Assembly: GCA_018813285.1 (NCBI GenBank) | Contig: JAHJBY010000033.1 | Location: 69,157-133,156 of the forward strand | Length of the DNA stretch: 64,000 bases | Source of the DNA: Candidatus Omnitrophota bacterium | Lineage (GTDB): Bacteria; Omnitrophota; Gorgyraeia; Tantalellales; Tantalellaceae | Direction: 5' to 3' | Shown: positions 46,275 to 58,100 of the stretch, piece by piece | How positions within the stretch are numbered: the stretch's first letter is position 1 | How the letters are laid out: each line of letters starts with the position of its first letter | Made by a program: the position numbers and the translations under genes | Notes under the pieces: generated by a model | Databases searched by the model: none | The model's input: the letters and a program-made list of their open reading frames with translations, nothing else | What the model was told of the DNA's origin: nothing

Positions 46275-46420
46275 TACTTCTCCCATCCCGGCTGTCTTCG
46301 CGTTTTCACGCGACGGTCGGCACCCGATTCTCACAGGTTCAGACCCTCACGGATCTCGCGGGCTAATCTCCCTTGGGAGCATCACCGCCGGCTAAGGAAT
46401 TGCGCCTTACCCTGAAGTCT
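46275..46420 (-). ncRNA. FMN riboswitch (RFN element) aptamer
   Basis: Minus strand contains CAGGGUAAGG...AUUCC, AGCCGGCGGU, AGCCCGCGAG, GCCGAC and 3' GGGAUGGGAGAAG. These match the conserved RFN blocks in order, directly upstream of ribBA. Confidence 0.78.
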
Positions 46421-46472
46421 TAACCATGCCAACACATACGCGTTGTAAGTCAAGTGTTAAATACATTTAACC

Positions 46473-46510
46473 TTATGGCTTACGACAACATGAGTTGTCG
46501 TAAGCCATAA
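46473..46510 (-). terminator. groESL transcription terminator (perfect 17-bp-stem hairpin)
   Basis: TTATGGCTTACGACAAC-ATGA-GTTGTCGTAAGCCATAA, starting 7 nt past the groEL stop. Confidence 0.65.
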
Positions 46511-46516
46511 TCTCAT

Positions 46517-48175
<1,659 letters not shown>

Positions 48176-48194
48176 TTATCTACATTGTTCCCTG

Positions 48195-48479
48195 TTAACT
48201 GATGATGCCCAGAATATCGTCTTCTCTCAACATGAGGAGATCTTTGCCATCCAGCTTAAATTCTGTTCCGGAATATTTCCCGTACAGCACGATATCTCCT
48301 TTTTTCACTTCCGGCGCGATAACTTTACCGTCCGAAATCTTACCTTTGCCGACAGCGACAACCTTTGCCTGCTGCGGTTTTTCCTGCGCGTTTTGAGGCA
48401 GCACTATACCGCCTTTTGTGACCTCTTCCGCTTCCAGGGCTTCGACAAGTACTCTGTCTCCAAGTGGTTTTACGCCCAT
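48195..48479 (-). CDS. groES: Co-chaperonin GroES (10 kDa)
   Basis: ORF track 48195..48521 uses an upstream alternative start. Real start MGVKPLGDRVLVEALEAEEVTKGGIVLP at ATG 48477-48479, preceded by GGAGGGAAGAGAT. Confidence 0.95.
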   Translation of the reverse strand: MGVKPLGDRVLVEALEAEEVTKGGIVLPQNAQEKPQQAKVVAVGKGKISDGKVIAPEVKKGDIVLYGKYSGTEFKLDGKDLLMLREDDILGIIS

Positions 48480-48530
48480 ATCTCTTCCCTCCATTCGTTT
48501 GTTTTCGCCGCGACGCGGCACATTCCTGCT

Positions 48531-48557
48531 TTAGCACTCCAACTCGATGAGTGCTAA
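48531..48557. promoter_or_regulatory. CIRCE operator (HrcA binding site)
   Basis: TTAGCACTC-CAACTCGAT-GAGTGCTAA is a perfect match to the CIRCE consensus TTAGCACTC-N9-GAGTGCTAA, about 50 nt upstream of groES. Confidence 0.9.
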
Positions 48558-48567
48558 CGAGATTCAC

Positions 48568-48595
48568 ATTATACGAGATGCGCAAATTTTGTCAA
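48568..48595 (-). promoter_or_regulatory. Sigma-70-type promoter of groESL
   Basis: Minus strand TTGACA-16 nt-TATAAT directly upstream of CIRCE. Confidence 0.6.
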
Positions 48596-48655
48596 GGGAT
48601 TTTTTAAAAAAAAATTAAGGAAGGGTTACTTCCTACACGTTACCCGGGAGGGGCA

Positions 48656-50500
48656 TCACCCTCTCCTGCGTTCTGCTAACAACACAATAGTTTTTATTTC
48701 ATCTTTATTCGACGCCCTTGTCCATTCTGTATCAAAATCGGGATTCTCTGTAATCTGCGCTATGGCGGCCAGTATCTTCAAATGCAGATTACGTTCGGCC
48801 GGCGGTCCAAGAATGATGAATATAATGTGCGCGAGTTGATCATCGGGAAAAATAACGCCTGACCTGGCACGCACAAGCATGATATGAAAATCTTTCGTAT
48901 CCACCAGAATATGCGGGATCGCCAGACTTTTCCTTATTACGGTACTTGATTCTTCTTCTCGTTTCATAAATTTCTCAAAAAGTCCGCCGGCAGAAAGTCC
49001 CGTCTCTTTCCCGAGCATATCCGATACCATCTTAAAAAAATCTCCGGCCTTAAGCGGCTCTTCTATCTCCAATACGCTGCTTTTTTCGATAAGCCGATGG
49101 AACCTGTCTTCCGTCACATCGTCTCTTTGCATAACGACATCTTTCAACTCGATGAGCAGGTTATCAGACGTCAGCTCTTTATCCCGGGCGATAAACCTTT
49201 CAAGAAGGTATATCAGCGCTGAATCCTGGCTTACACGTTTTTCAACATATATTTTGTACCAGACGAACCCGAAAAAGATAAAGATCATAGTCAGAAAGAC
49301 AATGAACGTCCCCATTTCTATCAGCAGGAAACAACCACCCAATATCCCGGCGATCTGTAAATACGGATAGAAAGGCGAGCGAAATTTCGGTTTATAGCTC
49401 AAGACATGGCTTTCCCTGAACAGTATCAAAGTGAGATTCGCGAAAGTAAAAAGCAATATAAGCAAACTCGACGCCACCTTGACCATAACCTCTAATCTCA
49501 GGAATAGAAGAATGGCGATCATGAAAAAGCCGGTAAAAAGAACCGCCACATAAGGCACGTTACCCCTCGGGCTTATCTTACTAAAGGCAACGGGCAGGAC
49601 CTTATCCCGGCTCATGCCCAGAGGATACCGCGAAGCCGTCATTAAACCGGCATTCGCTGTAGATATGAACGCCAGGAACGCTCCCAGGGCCACTACCAAT
49701 TGCAGCACCCCGCCCCCTATAACCGCGGCACCGTCGGAAATAGGCGTGAGCGAAACCCTGAGGGCGCTCGCGTCAAGATTTCCAACCGTTACGAATATCA
49801 CCAGGACGTAAACGACAGCCGTCACGATAAGGGATGAAAACAACCCGAGAGGAAGATTTCTTTTCGGATCCTTTGTTTCTTCCGCGAGAGCGGCCACTTT
49901 TGTTAAACCACCGTAGGAAATAAAAACGAAACTTGCTGTCGAGAACACCGCGCCGTATCCCGTGGAAAAGAACGGAGAAAAATTAGACGGATTTATTATC
50001 ACTACCCCTTTCACGACATATATCAAAAGGACCGCCAAAAGCCCTATGACAAGTATCACCTGAAATTTTCCCGCCTCTTTTATTCCCACAAGATTAAGCG
50101 CCATGAATAGGACGCAACAGATCAAGGCGATCATGTTCATGGATAGGTTCGTGAACATGCATAGATAAGCTCCCATACCTATCAAGGCGAAAGCGCCTTT
50201 TAAACTCAAAGAAAACCAGGCGCTAAAACCCGCTATCGTGCCAAGAAGCGGGCCAAATCCGCGCATGATGTAGAAGTAATCACCGCCGGCGCGCGGCATG
50301 GCGGTTATCAGTTCGGCTTTACTTAATAGCGCGGGAATACAGAATATTCCCGCGATTATATAGGAAACGATCACCGCCGGCCCGGCCTTCGCGAAAGCCA
50401 ATCCCGGCAAGATAAAAAGACCGGAACTTATCATGGCCCCGGTCGCCACACAAAAGATATCTAGAAAACCGAGTTCCTTTTTCAATGTCCTTTTCTTCAC
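48656..50500 (-). CDS. APC-superfamily amino-acid permease fused to a C-terminal cytoplasmic domain resembling PTS EIIA(Ntr)
   Basis: 614 aa. About 12 TM segments with an APC N-terminus (GFLDIFCVATGAMISSGLFILPG). The C-terminal ~150 aa are soluble with an AIPH motif. Regulatory-domain identity is tentative. Confidence 0.65.
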   Translation of the reverse strand: MKKRTLKKELGFLDIFCVATGAMISSGLFILPGLAFAKAGPAVIVSYIIAGIFCIPALLSKAELITAMPRAGGDYFYIMRGFGPLLGTIAGFSAWFSLSLKGAFALIGMGAYLCMFTNLSMNMIALICCVLFMALNLVGIKEAGKFQVILVIGLLAVLLIYVVKGVVIINPSNFSPFFSTGYGAVFSTASFVFISYGGLTKVAALAEETKDPKRNLPLGLFSSLIVTAVVYVLVIFVTVGNLDASALRVSLTPISDGAAVIGGGVLQLVVALGAFLAFISTANAGLMTASRYPLGMSRDKVLPVAFSKISPRGNVPYVAVLFTGFFMIAILLFLRLEVMVKVASSLLILLFTFANLTLILFRESHVLSYKPKFRSPFYPYLQIAGILGGCFLLIEMGTFIVFLTMIFIFFGFVWYKIYVEKRVSQDSALIYLLERFIARDKELTSDNLLIELKDVVMQRDDVTEDRFHRLIEKSSVLEIEEPLKAGDFFKMVSDMLGKETGLSAGGLFEKFMKREEESSTVIRKSLAIPHILVDTKDFHIMLVRARSGVIFPDDQLAHIIFIILGPPAERNLHLKILAAIAQITENPDFDTEWTRASNKDEIKTIVLLAERRRG

Positions 50501-51333
50501 TCGCCTGAACTCCCCGGTAATTTCTTATCTTCCTCTTTAGATGCCGGATGAAATAATGTTTCTTCAAATCCTACAACCGTTCTATCCACCGTATTCGCCG
50601 CACCGGCAAGCACGTTTCGCGCCCCGGTACCTGCCCTATTTACAACATCCTGGGCCGGTTGCAATATGCCGGAGACCTGTCGCCGTAATACACCGAGATC
50701 AAAACCCGTAAGATTGGCTATCTGGGTGTTCCTTAACGCCCTTACCACGATCAACCGCGCAAGAGAATCCGGATCGGTTATATTCTCGAATTCCTGATCT
50801 ATATGGATGTTGAAAACTTTGATATCGGGTTTCACATCTTTCGAATAATCTTTAAACACCACTTTATCTATTTTTAGTCGAAAAAGATCTATCTGAACCT
50901 TCTTCGGTTCTTCCTTATTTTTCGGTTCTTCGTCTTTTGTTTTTTTGCCCTTAGCCTCTCTGGCAACCTTCAAGGTGTTCAAATTAAGTTCACCGGCGCT
51001 GCTACGCACCACCATGAATTCCGCCACATCAAGCTTCAGCTGCCGCAGGTGCATTTCCCCTTTTAGCATATCCTGAAGATCAAAATCCGCGTAGATCTCA
51101 GGCATATCGATCATTACCTTATCCGGGTATTCCGGAGGATTATAGATCTTGAAATCTTTTATCTCAATAGTCGCATCAATAATACCTACCTTCAGGCTCT
51201 TCATCCCCAATTGAATACCGGTTATGATCTTTACCTCTTTCACGATCACAAACATCAATATGGCGTTTTTCGCTGAGATCAGCGCCGTGATCACGGCCAT
51301 AACTATCAATAAAATGTATATCCATTTTCTCAT
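50497..51333 (-). CDS. Hypothetical membrane-anchored protein
   Basis: 278 aa; one N-terminal TM (IYILLIVMAVITALISA), Lys/Glu-rich linker, conserved-looking C-terminal region. 4-nt overlap with the permease gene. Confidence 0.5.
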   Translation of the reverse strand: MRKWIYILLIVMAVITALISAKNAILMFVIVKEVKIITGIQLGMKSLKVGIIDATIEIKDFKIYNPPEYPDKVMIDMPEIYADFDLQDMLKGEMHLRQLKLDVAEFMVVRSSAGELNLNTLKVAREAKGKKTKDEEPKNKEEPKKVQIDLFRLKIDKVVFKDYSKDVKPDIKVFNIHIDQEFENITDPDSLARLIVVRALRNTQIANLTGFDLGVLRRQVSGILQPAQDVVNRAGTGARNVLAGAANTVDRTVVGFEETLFHPASKEEDKKLPGSSGE

Positions 51334-51422
51334 CAGACGTCTCCTTTCTGCCTATACTATACCTGCTGTTCTCGGTTTCTCCAACATAAAATTTCGTTTG
51401 CGCCGCCGCCGCGTTTCTGCGA

Positions 51423-51450
51423 CACGGGTCGGTTCACACGGGTCGGTTCA
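51423..51450. repeat. Perfect tandem 14-bp direct repeat CACGGGTCGGTTCA x2 in a divergent promoter region
   Basis: Read directly, between divergent genes 50497..51333(-) and 51522..52079(+). Confidence 0.5.
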
Positions 51451-51521
51451 ATTTGAAAAAGCACGTCTCATATGGTACACTGTACTGGCGGATAACGCCG
51501 GAAACGGAGGAGGAGACCCTC

Positions 51522-52079
51522 ATGAAAAAAATGTTTATTTTACCCGTATTGTTGATTGGCATTATGCTGGCCCTGACGGCGGCTTACGCTTTCGGGGCGG
51601 GAAGCAAGCAGGACACAGAAGCCAAAAAAGAGGATAAGAAAACAGAAACGGCCGGAACGACTGGAACGACCGAAACGAAAGAACTGACAAAAGAACAAAT
51701 AGTCGAACGTTTGAACCATATTTTCCAATATCGTCTGGATATCCGGGAGGGTGTCCCGGGCATCGTGGTCGACGAAACCGGCCAGGGTGTTGTCGTGGAG
51801 TATAACGGCACACAACTTGAACAACTGGATAAAGACACCTTATCCGGCCTTTCAGGAACGGTCAATGAACAAATATCCCTCAAGAATCTCAAAAATATCG
51901 AGAACCTCCAAAAAACACAGCAACAGCTGAGGAATCTCAGGGAAATAGATAATATCAACCGGACACAACAAATGCTTCGCCGGCAAAGAGCTGTTTCGCC
52001 GAATATCCCAAAAGTATACACTCCACCGAAAATACCGAAGACATACAACGCGCCAAAGACCTACAAGGCACCTAAATGA
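51522..52079 (+). CDS. Secreted hypothetical protein with C-terminal PKxY-type short repeats
   Basis: ORF track 51453..52079. Real start ATG 51522 after GGAGGAGGAG. Signal peptide MKKMFILPVLLIGIMLALTAAYAFG. Thr/Lys-rich linker. C-terminal repeats (IPKVYTPPKIPKTYNAPKTYKAPK). Confidence 0.55.
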   Translation: MKKMFILPVLLIGIMLALTAAYAFGAGSKQDTEAKKEDKKTETAGTTGTTETKELTKEQIVERLNHIFQYRLDIREGVPGIVVDETGQGVVVEYNGTQLEQLDKDTLSGLSGTVNEQISLKNLKNIENLQKTQQQLRNLREIDNINRTQQMLRRQRAVSPNIPKVYTPPKIPKTYNAPKTYKAPK

Positions 52080-52177
52080 TACTAAAACCTCCGACTCCTG
52101 CCTCGCCTTCTGAGATAGCAATAGAAAAAGATTTCTCGTCGCGGCCTTTAGCTTTCAGCCCAGAGCCATTGACAGCT

Positions 52178-55100
52178 TTACAACGCCACAGCGGTCTTTG
52201 TGATGGCATCGATCTCCTGCCGGATCTCTTCGCCTATGTTCAGCCTGGTGATCTTAATCAACAGGTGAAGAATATCTTTTAGCCCTTTTTCTAATCGCTT
52301 TAAGGTTTCTTCCGCGCATTCTACGGCCATTATCCGGGGCGCGTCCTTCTCATCCAGTGTCCTCTTAAGAAGGCTCACCACTGCCACTTCCGGCAATATC
52401 CGATTTATCCTCTTTCCTGCGGCGTCATCCGTTAATACATTCTTTCCCAAAAGCACAAAACCGGGAACATTCTCTTTCCCTTCCGCGCGCATATAGTTGA
52501 TCAAATTTTCTGTTAAGGCCCCGGATTCGACCGCTGCCATTGAAACGTCTGCAGGCCGTATATTCACTCCCTTGACTTCCAGGCTTTTCAATACCTCTTT
52601 AACCGTATTGGATATATTTTCCTTCTTCCGGTTTGGATCAAGCACAACAGGTATGACATTCTTTAAACTTATGATTTCTTCCGGGATCGGAACATCACGC
52701 GTTGTGGCGACACATATATAAAAACGCTTATCCGCAAATGCCTTTATCGCGGGAATCATTTCGCCTATGTCAACACCCGGAAATCTTGTATCAATGACAA
52801 TCGCCTTCGGAACCTCAGGGATCAGCTCCATCAAACTCTTCTCCATACCCTTGATCTTTTCATCCTCATGCTTTGCCGCCATATTTTTGAAATCCAGAAG
52901 ATCGCCAAACGGCATTTTCGGGTTGTCATTAAGATATTTCACAAATCCGGAATGATAGCCGAGAAATCTGTCCCTGAGATCCGCCTTTTCTTCATCAGAA
53001 AGGCTGTCATCACGATCTGCGGTAACCGCTTCGCCAGCTGATTTGCAATACTCGTCGGCCCATTTTTCGTTATCACCCGGGACTATGGAAGGAAATCGAA
53101 ATTCTTCCCCGGCCAATGCCCTGGGATAATAATCCCGCATGATAGAACCCAACACATCATGATGAGCCTCATCCGGCAATACATCCTGCAATACATTAAG
53201 TATATTTCCCATGTCATCAAGAGTCTTGCCTTCCAGGGCCATCATCGCGCCTTCATCCAGGCCGCCGGCATACGGATGAATAAGGTATGGGAACATATTC
53301 GCAAGAGCCTGGATCTCCGCGATCCTTACCGCTTCCTTTATCGCGTCTTCCATATCCGTTTCTTCTCTCATTTCAATGAGCACATGCGGCTTTAAGCCAG
53401 CTTCCGTCGCGATCTTTTCGAAAGCTTCTTTATTTTTTACCGCGATAAATTCTATATTCGCGTAATTTTTTATGATCGGATATTTTTTCTCCATAGCGCC
53501 TTCATCCGCGCCCACGATCCCGATAACGGCTACAGGCGTGATTACCGGCGGCATCTTTTTCGTCGTCGGCGGCAAGGATGCCGGTCCTGACCTTATCGTA
53601 GCGTAAGGAACGGCTTTTCTCCCGACTACCGTATTTGTAATAAAAGCGGTTAGATTTACCACTGAATGAAGCGCAACAGCAACAGTTAACAACTGCCACA
53701 CACCGGTCTCAATCACGAAAGGCATAAATATATTTAATCCGGTAACAAGGAGCGCTGTTTTCCACCCGTGTTTATGCAACAGCACGAAAAATATCCCGGA
53801 TAATATCTGAAGAGACGCTAAAATAAGCACAGATGTCTGAACCGAAGGGCTCACCCCCATAAGCCCTGTGATAACAGGCGTAAGACACTGCGTTAAAAGA
53901 AGAGGAACGCCGAAGTATACCATCCTCTCTCGGAAAGGCGCCAGCAGCAAATGCTCCATACCGAATTTAGTCTGATTCCATAAAATGGAATCATCTTTCC
54001 CTATCCCAAGTTTGTTACGGGCACTATTTACGACAGACGAATAAGGTGCCTCTTTATGCATGGCATAAAACACCTGAAACGCGCCCGCCCTGTCACCTTT
54101 ACCCAAATAAGCATGGACCAACAATCTCCGCGCTTTTAGTCTGAACTCGCCTTTTAAAGACTTATCAAAAAATGGTATAGCGCCATCAAAATCCCTCGCG
54201 GCGAGATTCATTAAAGCCAGGCAAAAATATAAATTAGTTTTTAATTCTTCTTCCGCAAACTCGATTTCTCCCAGGTTATTTACCGCATTTTGAATCGAAT
54301 CAAATAACAACACTTTTTCTCTGATTGTTTTTATCTCTGGAAGGAATGTTCCTTTACCAGTAATAGCCCGGATAAGAGTTTCCGAAAACCTGGCATTAAG
54401 ATGACCAAGGAGAGTGCTTATAAACAGTTTGTCTTTTTCCCCTTGCCTCGAAAGCATCGCCGATAACACGGCGTGATACGCGCCGTCATTCAGAAAGAAT
54501 AAGTTAATAAGCTCCTTTGCCAATGTCTCGTTAAACGTTTTTTCGGAAATCGCTTTAATCCCATCAATTAAGACCTTATCGTTTATAAGCCGCTTTCTTA
54601 AGTTTTTCCTCTTTCTCTCTCTCAACCCGTCGTCAAACAATACGGATTTCCCGATCTCCTTAATGCAAATTTCAAACACGCTGTCCGCACTCTTACTGTA
54701 GGGAATCGTTTTTAGCAGATAAACCGACAGATTAAATACCTTATCGTTTTCATTCCGCACCTTCCAGAAAGTGAACATCTTCTCCAGCAACGCCGGCAAT
54801 TCTTCCAGGACAGTTTCGAACTCATCGCTCTTAAGACCCCCTATAACCGCAGCAACATCATCGTATGCTTTCGCTTTGCCAGAATCCGCATCTTTCTGTA
54901 ACTTTTCAACACGCCGCTGTTTCCTCTCCCGCGTTTCCTGTGACACTTTCCTGCCCGATTCTATCCGGTACACTTCTTCATGGCATGATATAATATCTCC
55001 GTATATCTGTATCTTTTCCCGCGCGTTTTTCCCTTTCGCGGATAATGTCAAAATATGCCCTTTCAATAAATCGTCCATCCGGGCTTTGTCGCCTCCTTTA

Positions 55101-58100
55101 AATACAAGCTCCTTTGACAAATCCTTCAATCTTTCACTTCCGGGAGCTATCTCTTGCGCCTTCCTTAGCAAAATCTCAGCCCTCACAAGCTCGCCATTCT
55201 GCAGCGCCCTCGCAGCCATCCCGAGAATAAGATTTACCGTCGGTTTTTTATCAGCATCCTCGAGCCCGGAAGGTTCAAGTTTCTGTTTTTCGGCAACCGC
55301 AACGTTTTTCTTCAGGCTTAACTTCCTCCTTTCAAGAAGACCCCGGACCTGTTCGAGCCTTTTTTTTCTTTCGGCTTCTTCTTTTTGATCTTCGCTCACT
55401 TTTTGAACGGCTTCTTCACGATCCTTTTTCATATAAGGTTTTTCAAGAATTTCTTTCTCTCTCGAACCTAACAAATCCTCCAGGCCGTCTTCCCGTGACC
55501 GTATCCAGGAAATGATCTCTCTTCTGCGCCTTTTTTCTATACTCGCATCCTTTCCTTCCTTTTCCAACTGCCGCAATTCGGTTTCCAGTCTCGCTCTCTC
55601 ACCCTTGAGTAGTGTTATCCCTTTACTTATTTCTTTTTCTTCTTTTTCGAACCGCGCCAAATCCTGCCTAGCTTTCGCTGATCCTGCTATTGTCCGGTTT
55701 ACATTCTTTCTAATTTTGTTAATCTTATCGACCCTTTCCTTCACTTCTCCCCTTGTCTCACCGGCCAGGTCATCTTCCGCGTCCAATTCTTTCAATACGC
55801 GACTTGCTTCTTCGAATTTGCCCTCATCAAAATATGCCTCGGCCAGGTTTAACCTGTTTTCCGGCGTGGAACTGAGTTCTGCCGCCTTCTTTAAATCTTC
55901 TATCCTATCCCCTGCCTTTTTCTGTCCCTTTGCCCGATCAACAAAAATATCTGCCATCTGTTGTCCCGCTGTCTTCCGTGCAAAATCGGCATCCAACGCT
56001 ACCGCTTCTTCATGCCGCTCGATCGCTTCAGCTGCCGCTTCTTCATTCCGTTCGACCGCTTCGGCTTCCGCTTCCCTGCCTTCTTCCAGCGCCAGGTCCC
56101 TGAGACCGACTTTCGCAAGAACGCAGCGTTTATCCATCCATAACGCCCGATAGAAGCTTTCTTCTGCTTTCCGAAAATCCCTAACTTCTCCCTTAAGATA
56201 CGTCAGTCCTTTAAGCACGGTAAGCCGCGCCAGTAACGGCCTGTTGTTTCTTTGTTTTCTGCTGGATAAATCAGAATACGCCCCCTGCAACACGTCGATA
56301 CATATACCTATTGCAAAACTGTCCGTGCGAAACGTGTCGGGAAAAAACTCATACATCTTTTCAAGATAATCAACTCCTTTTTCCACAAAAGCCGCATCCC
56401 TGTCCACCCCGGCAGAATACGCTCCCATATGTTCTATCACACTCTTATACATGCCGCGAAGTTCATCGATAAAGCCGCTGTCCTCTTTCAACTTCTCATC
56501 TAACTGCCTCGCTTTTTCCATGTTATCTATTGCTAAATCAAAAAGTTTTTGAGATTCCGTCATGTTTTTCGCCGAAACTTCGAATTCCGCCAGCCCCCGT
56601 CCGGACAGCGCCATAAACCTGTAAAGCTCGGCTTTTTCATAACCGGACTTTTCGGCTTTCAGGAAAAGTGAATAGGCCTTACTGAAATCATTCCTTTCAT
56701 ACGCTTCGATACCTGACCTAAACAAACTTTCCGCTTTAACTTCTTCCCCTGCTTTCGCGGCACGCCAGAAGCGAAAGCGAGCCCGCATCCTCCTCCCCCG
56801 GAACCTGTGTATATAACCCCGGATCATATACGCGTACTGACGGCACGCTTTAATATTTTCGAGTTTCTTAATGGCAAGTGTCAGGGCTCCAAGATCAACA
56901 CTCGTCGGCACTATTCCGCGGACAAGCATGGTTTCTCTTATTTGCCCCATTAAAAGCCGAAGAAGCTCCGTTTTATCTTCCACCGAGAGAAGTTTAGGCT
57001 CAAGGACCTCGATAATAAGTTTTCCGTTATTAAGACCAAACCGTTCATTCAATAAAACAATGCTCACTTTTTTTGCTCTATGAGGAGCACTGAACATCAC
57101 CTTCTTGAAACCATCATCCGAGATAAAATACTGCACCCTGGATGGAATACTCTTCCCCAGCCCTCCAAGTTCTTCTATCCGACTGGTCCAAGAGACGAAA
57201 AGTTCAATAATCTGGTCGTCATGCCTCGAGTCATACCTGAGCCTTATCGCTTCTTTAAGGTTTTCCGCGACAGTTTCCTCGACGTCCCGCGTTTCGTCCG
57301 AAGCAAGCCCCAGTTTAGCCTTCAGTAAATAAAACAACATCCATTCGTCAATGTTTTCAACATCTCCCGCTCTAAACTCATTCAGAAGCTCTTCTGACTC
57401 TTTGATCCTTGTCCTGGCAATTTTTGAGACATCCGCCTCTTGCAGCAACAGTTCGGCAAGTATCAATTTGGAGCTGTTCAAATATTCTCCCAGCTCTGTC
57501 TTTTTGACGCTTATAACCCACCTTAAGAGCGAAATCGCGCCCGCCCTTTTTTCGCCGTCCAGCCCCCGTTCCCTGAGGATATAGACAAGTTGTTCATACG
57601 AAATATCCTTCATGGAATCAAATGTTCCCGTGATATCAGTATTAAGCGGGCCGACTTCCTTTTCGAGCTTACCTATGCGCCCCCTAACCGCCGCCGTCAT
57701 ACCGGCTCTTTTCGGAATTTTCTCGAATTTTTTAATATATTCCTCTAACGCTTCCTTCTTCTGTCCGAGTTTCCATGTTTCCCGGGCTTTTTCGGCCATG
57801 ACAGAAATATTTCTCTCTCTGACTGCCTTCTTTATCTTTTCCTTTCTTGTCACGACATATTTTTCGATTTCCGCGTCTTTCTTTCTTTGCAATTCATTCA
57901 GTTTTACACGATGTTCCTGAGCTTTCGCGTTATTCTTAACCGCGGTGTCATCGCTCTTTTCGTACAACCCGATCAATTTCTCATGAGCGTCTGCGGCGTC
58001 CTCATCATTAAGACCTTCCCCAACAGCCTTTTCCAGATCATCCGCTGCCGGCCGTGTTCTGCCGTCGGCCAGATGCAAAAGCCCCCGTTTAAAATGTGCC

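Noticed and set aside
46270-46430. Considered SRP (4.5S) RNA or 6S RNA for the structured region upstream of ribBA
   Set aside because: Sequence blocks match the FMN riboswitch consensus in order (AGCCGGCGGU, AGCCCGCGAG, GCCGAC, GGGAUGGGAGAAG). The location upstream of ribBA fits RFN, and SRP domain IV motifs are absent.
48640-48665. Short GAGGG...CCCTC hairpin at the permease stop as a terminator
   Set aside because: Stem is only 5 bp and lacks a T-run. Not strong enough to call.
50319-50567. 82-aa ORF overlapping the permease start and the neighbouring gene end
   Set aside because: Overlaps two better-supported genes in another frame. No RBS or domain.
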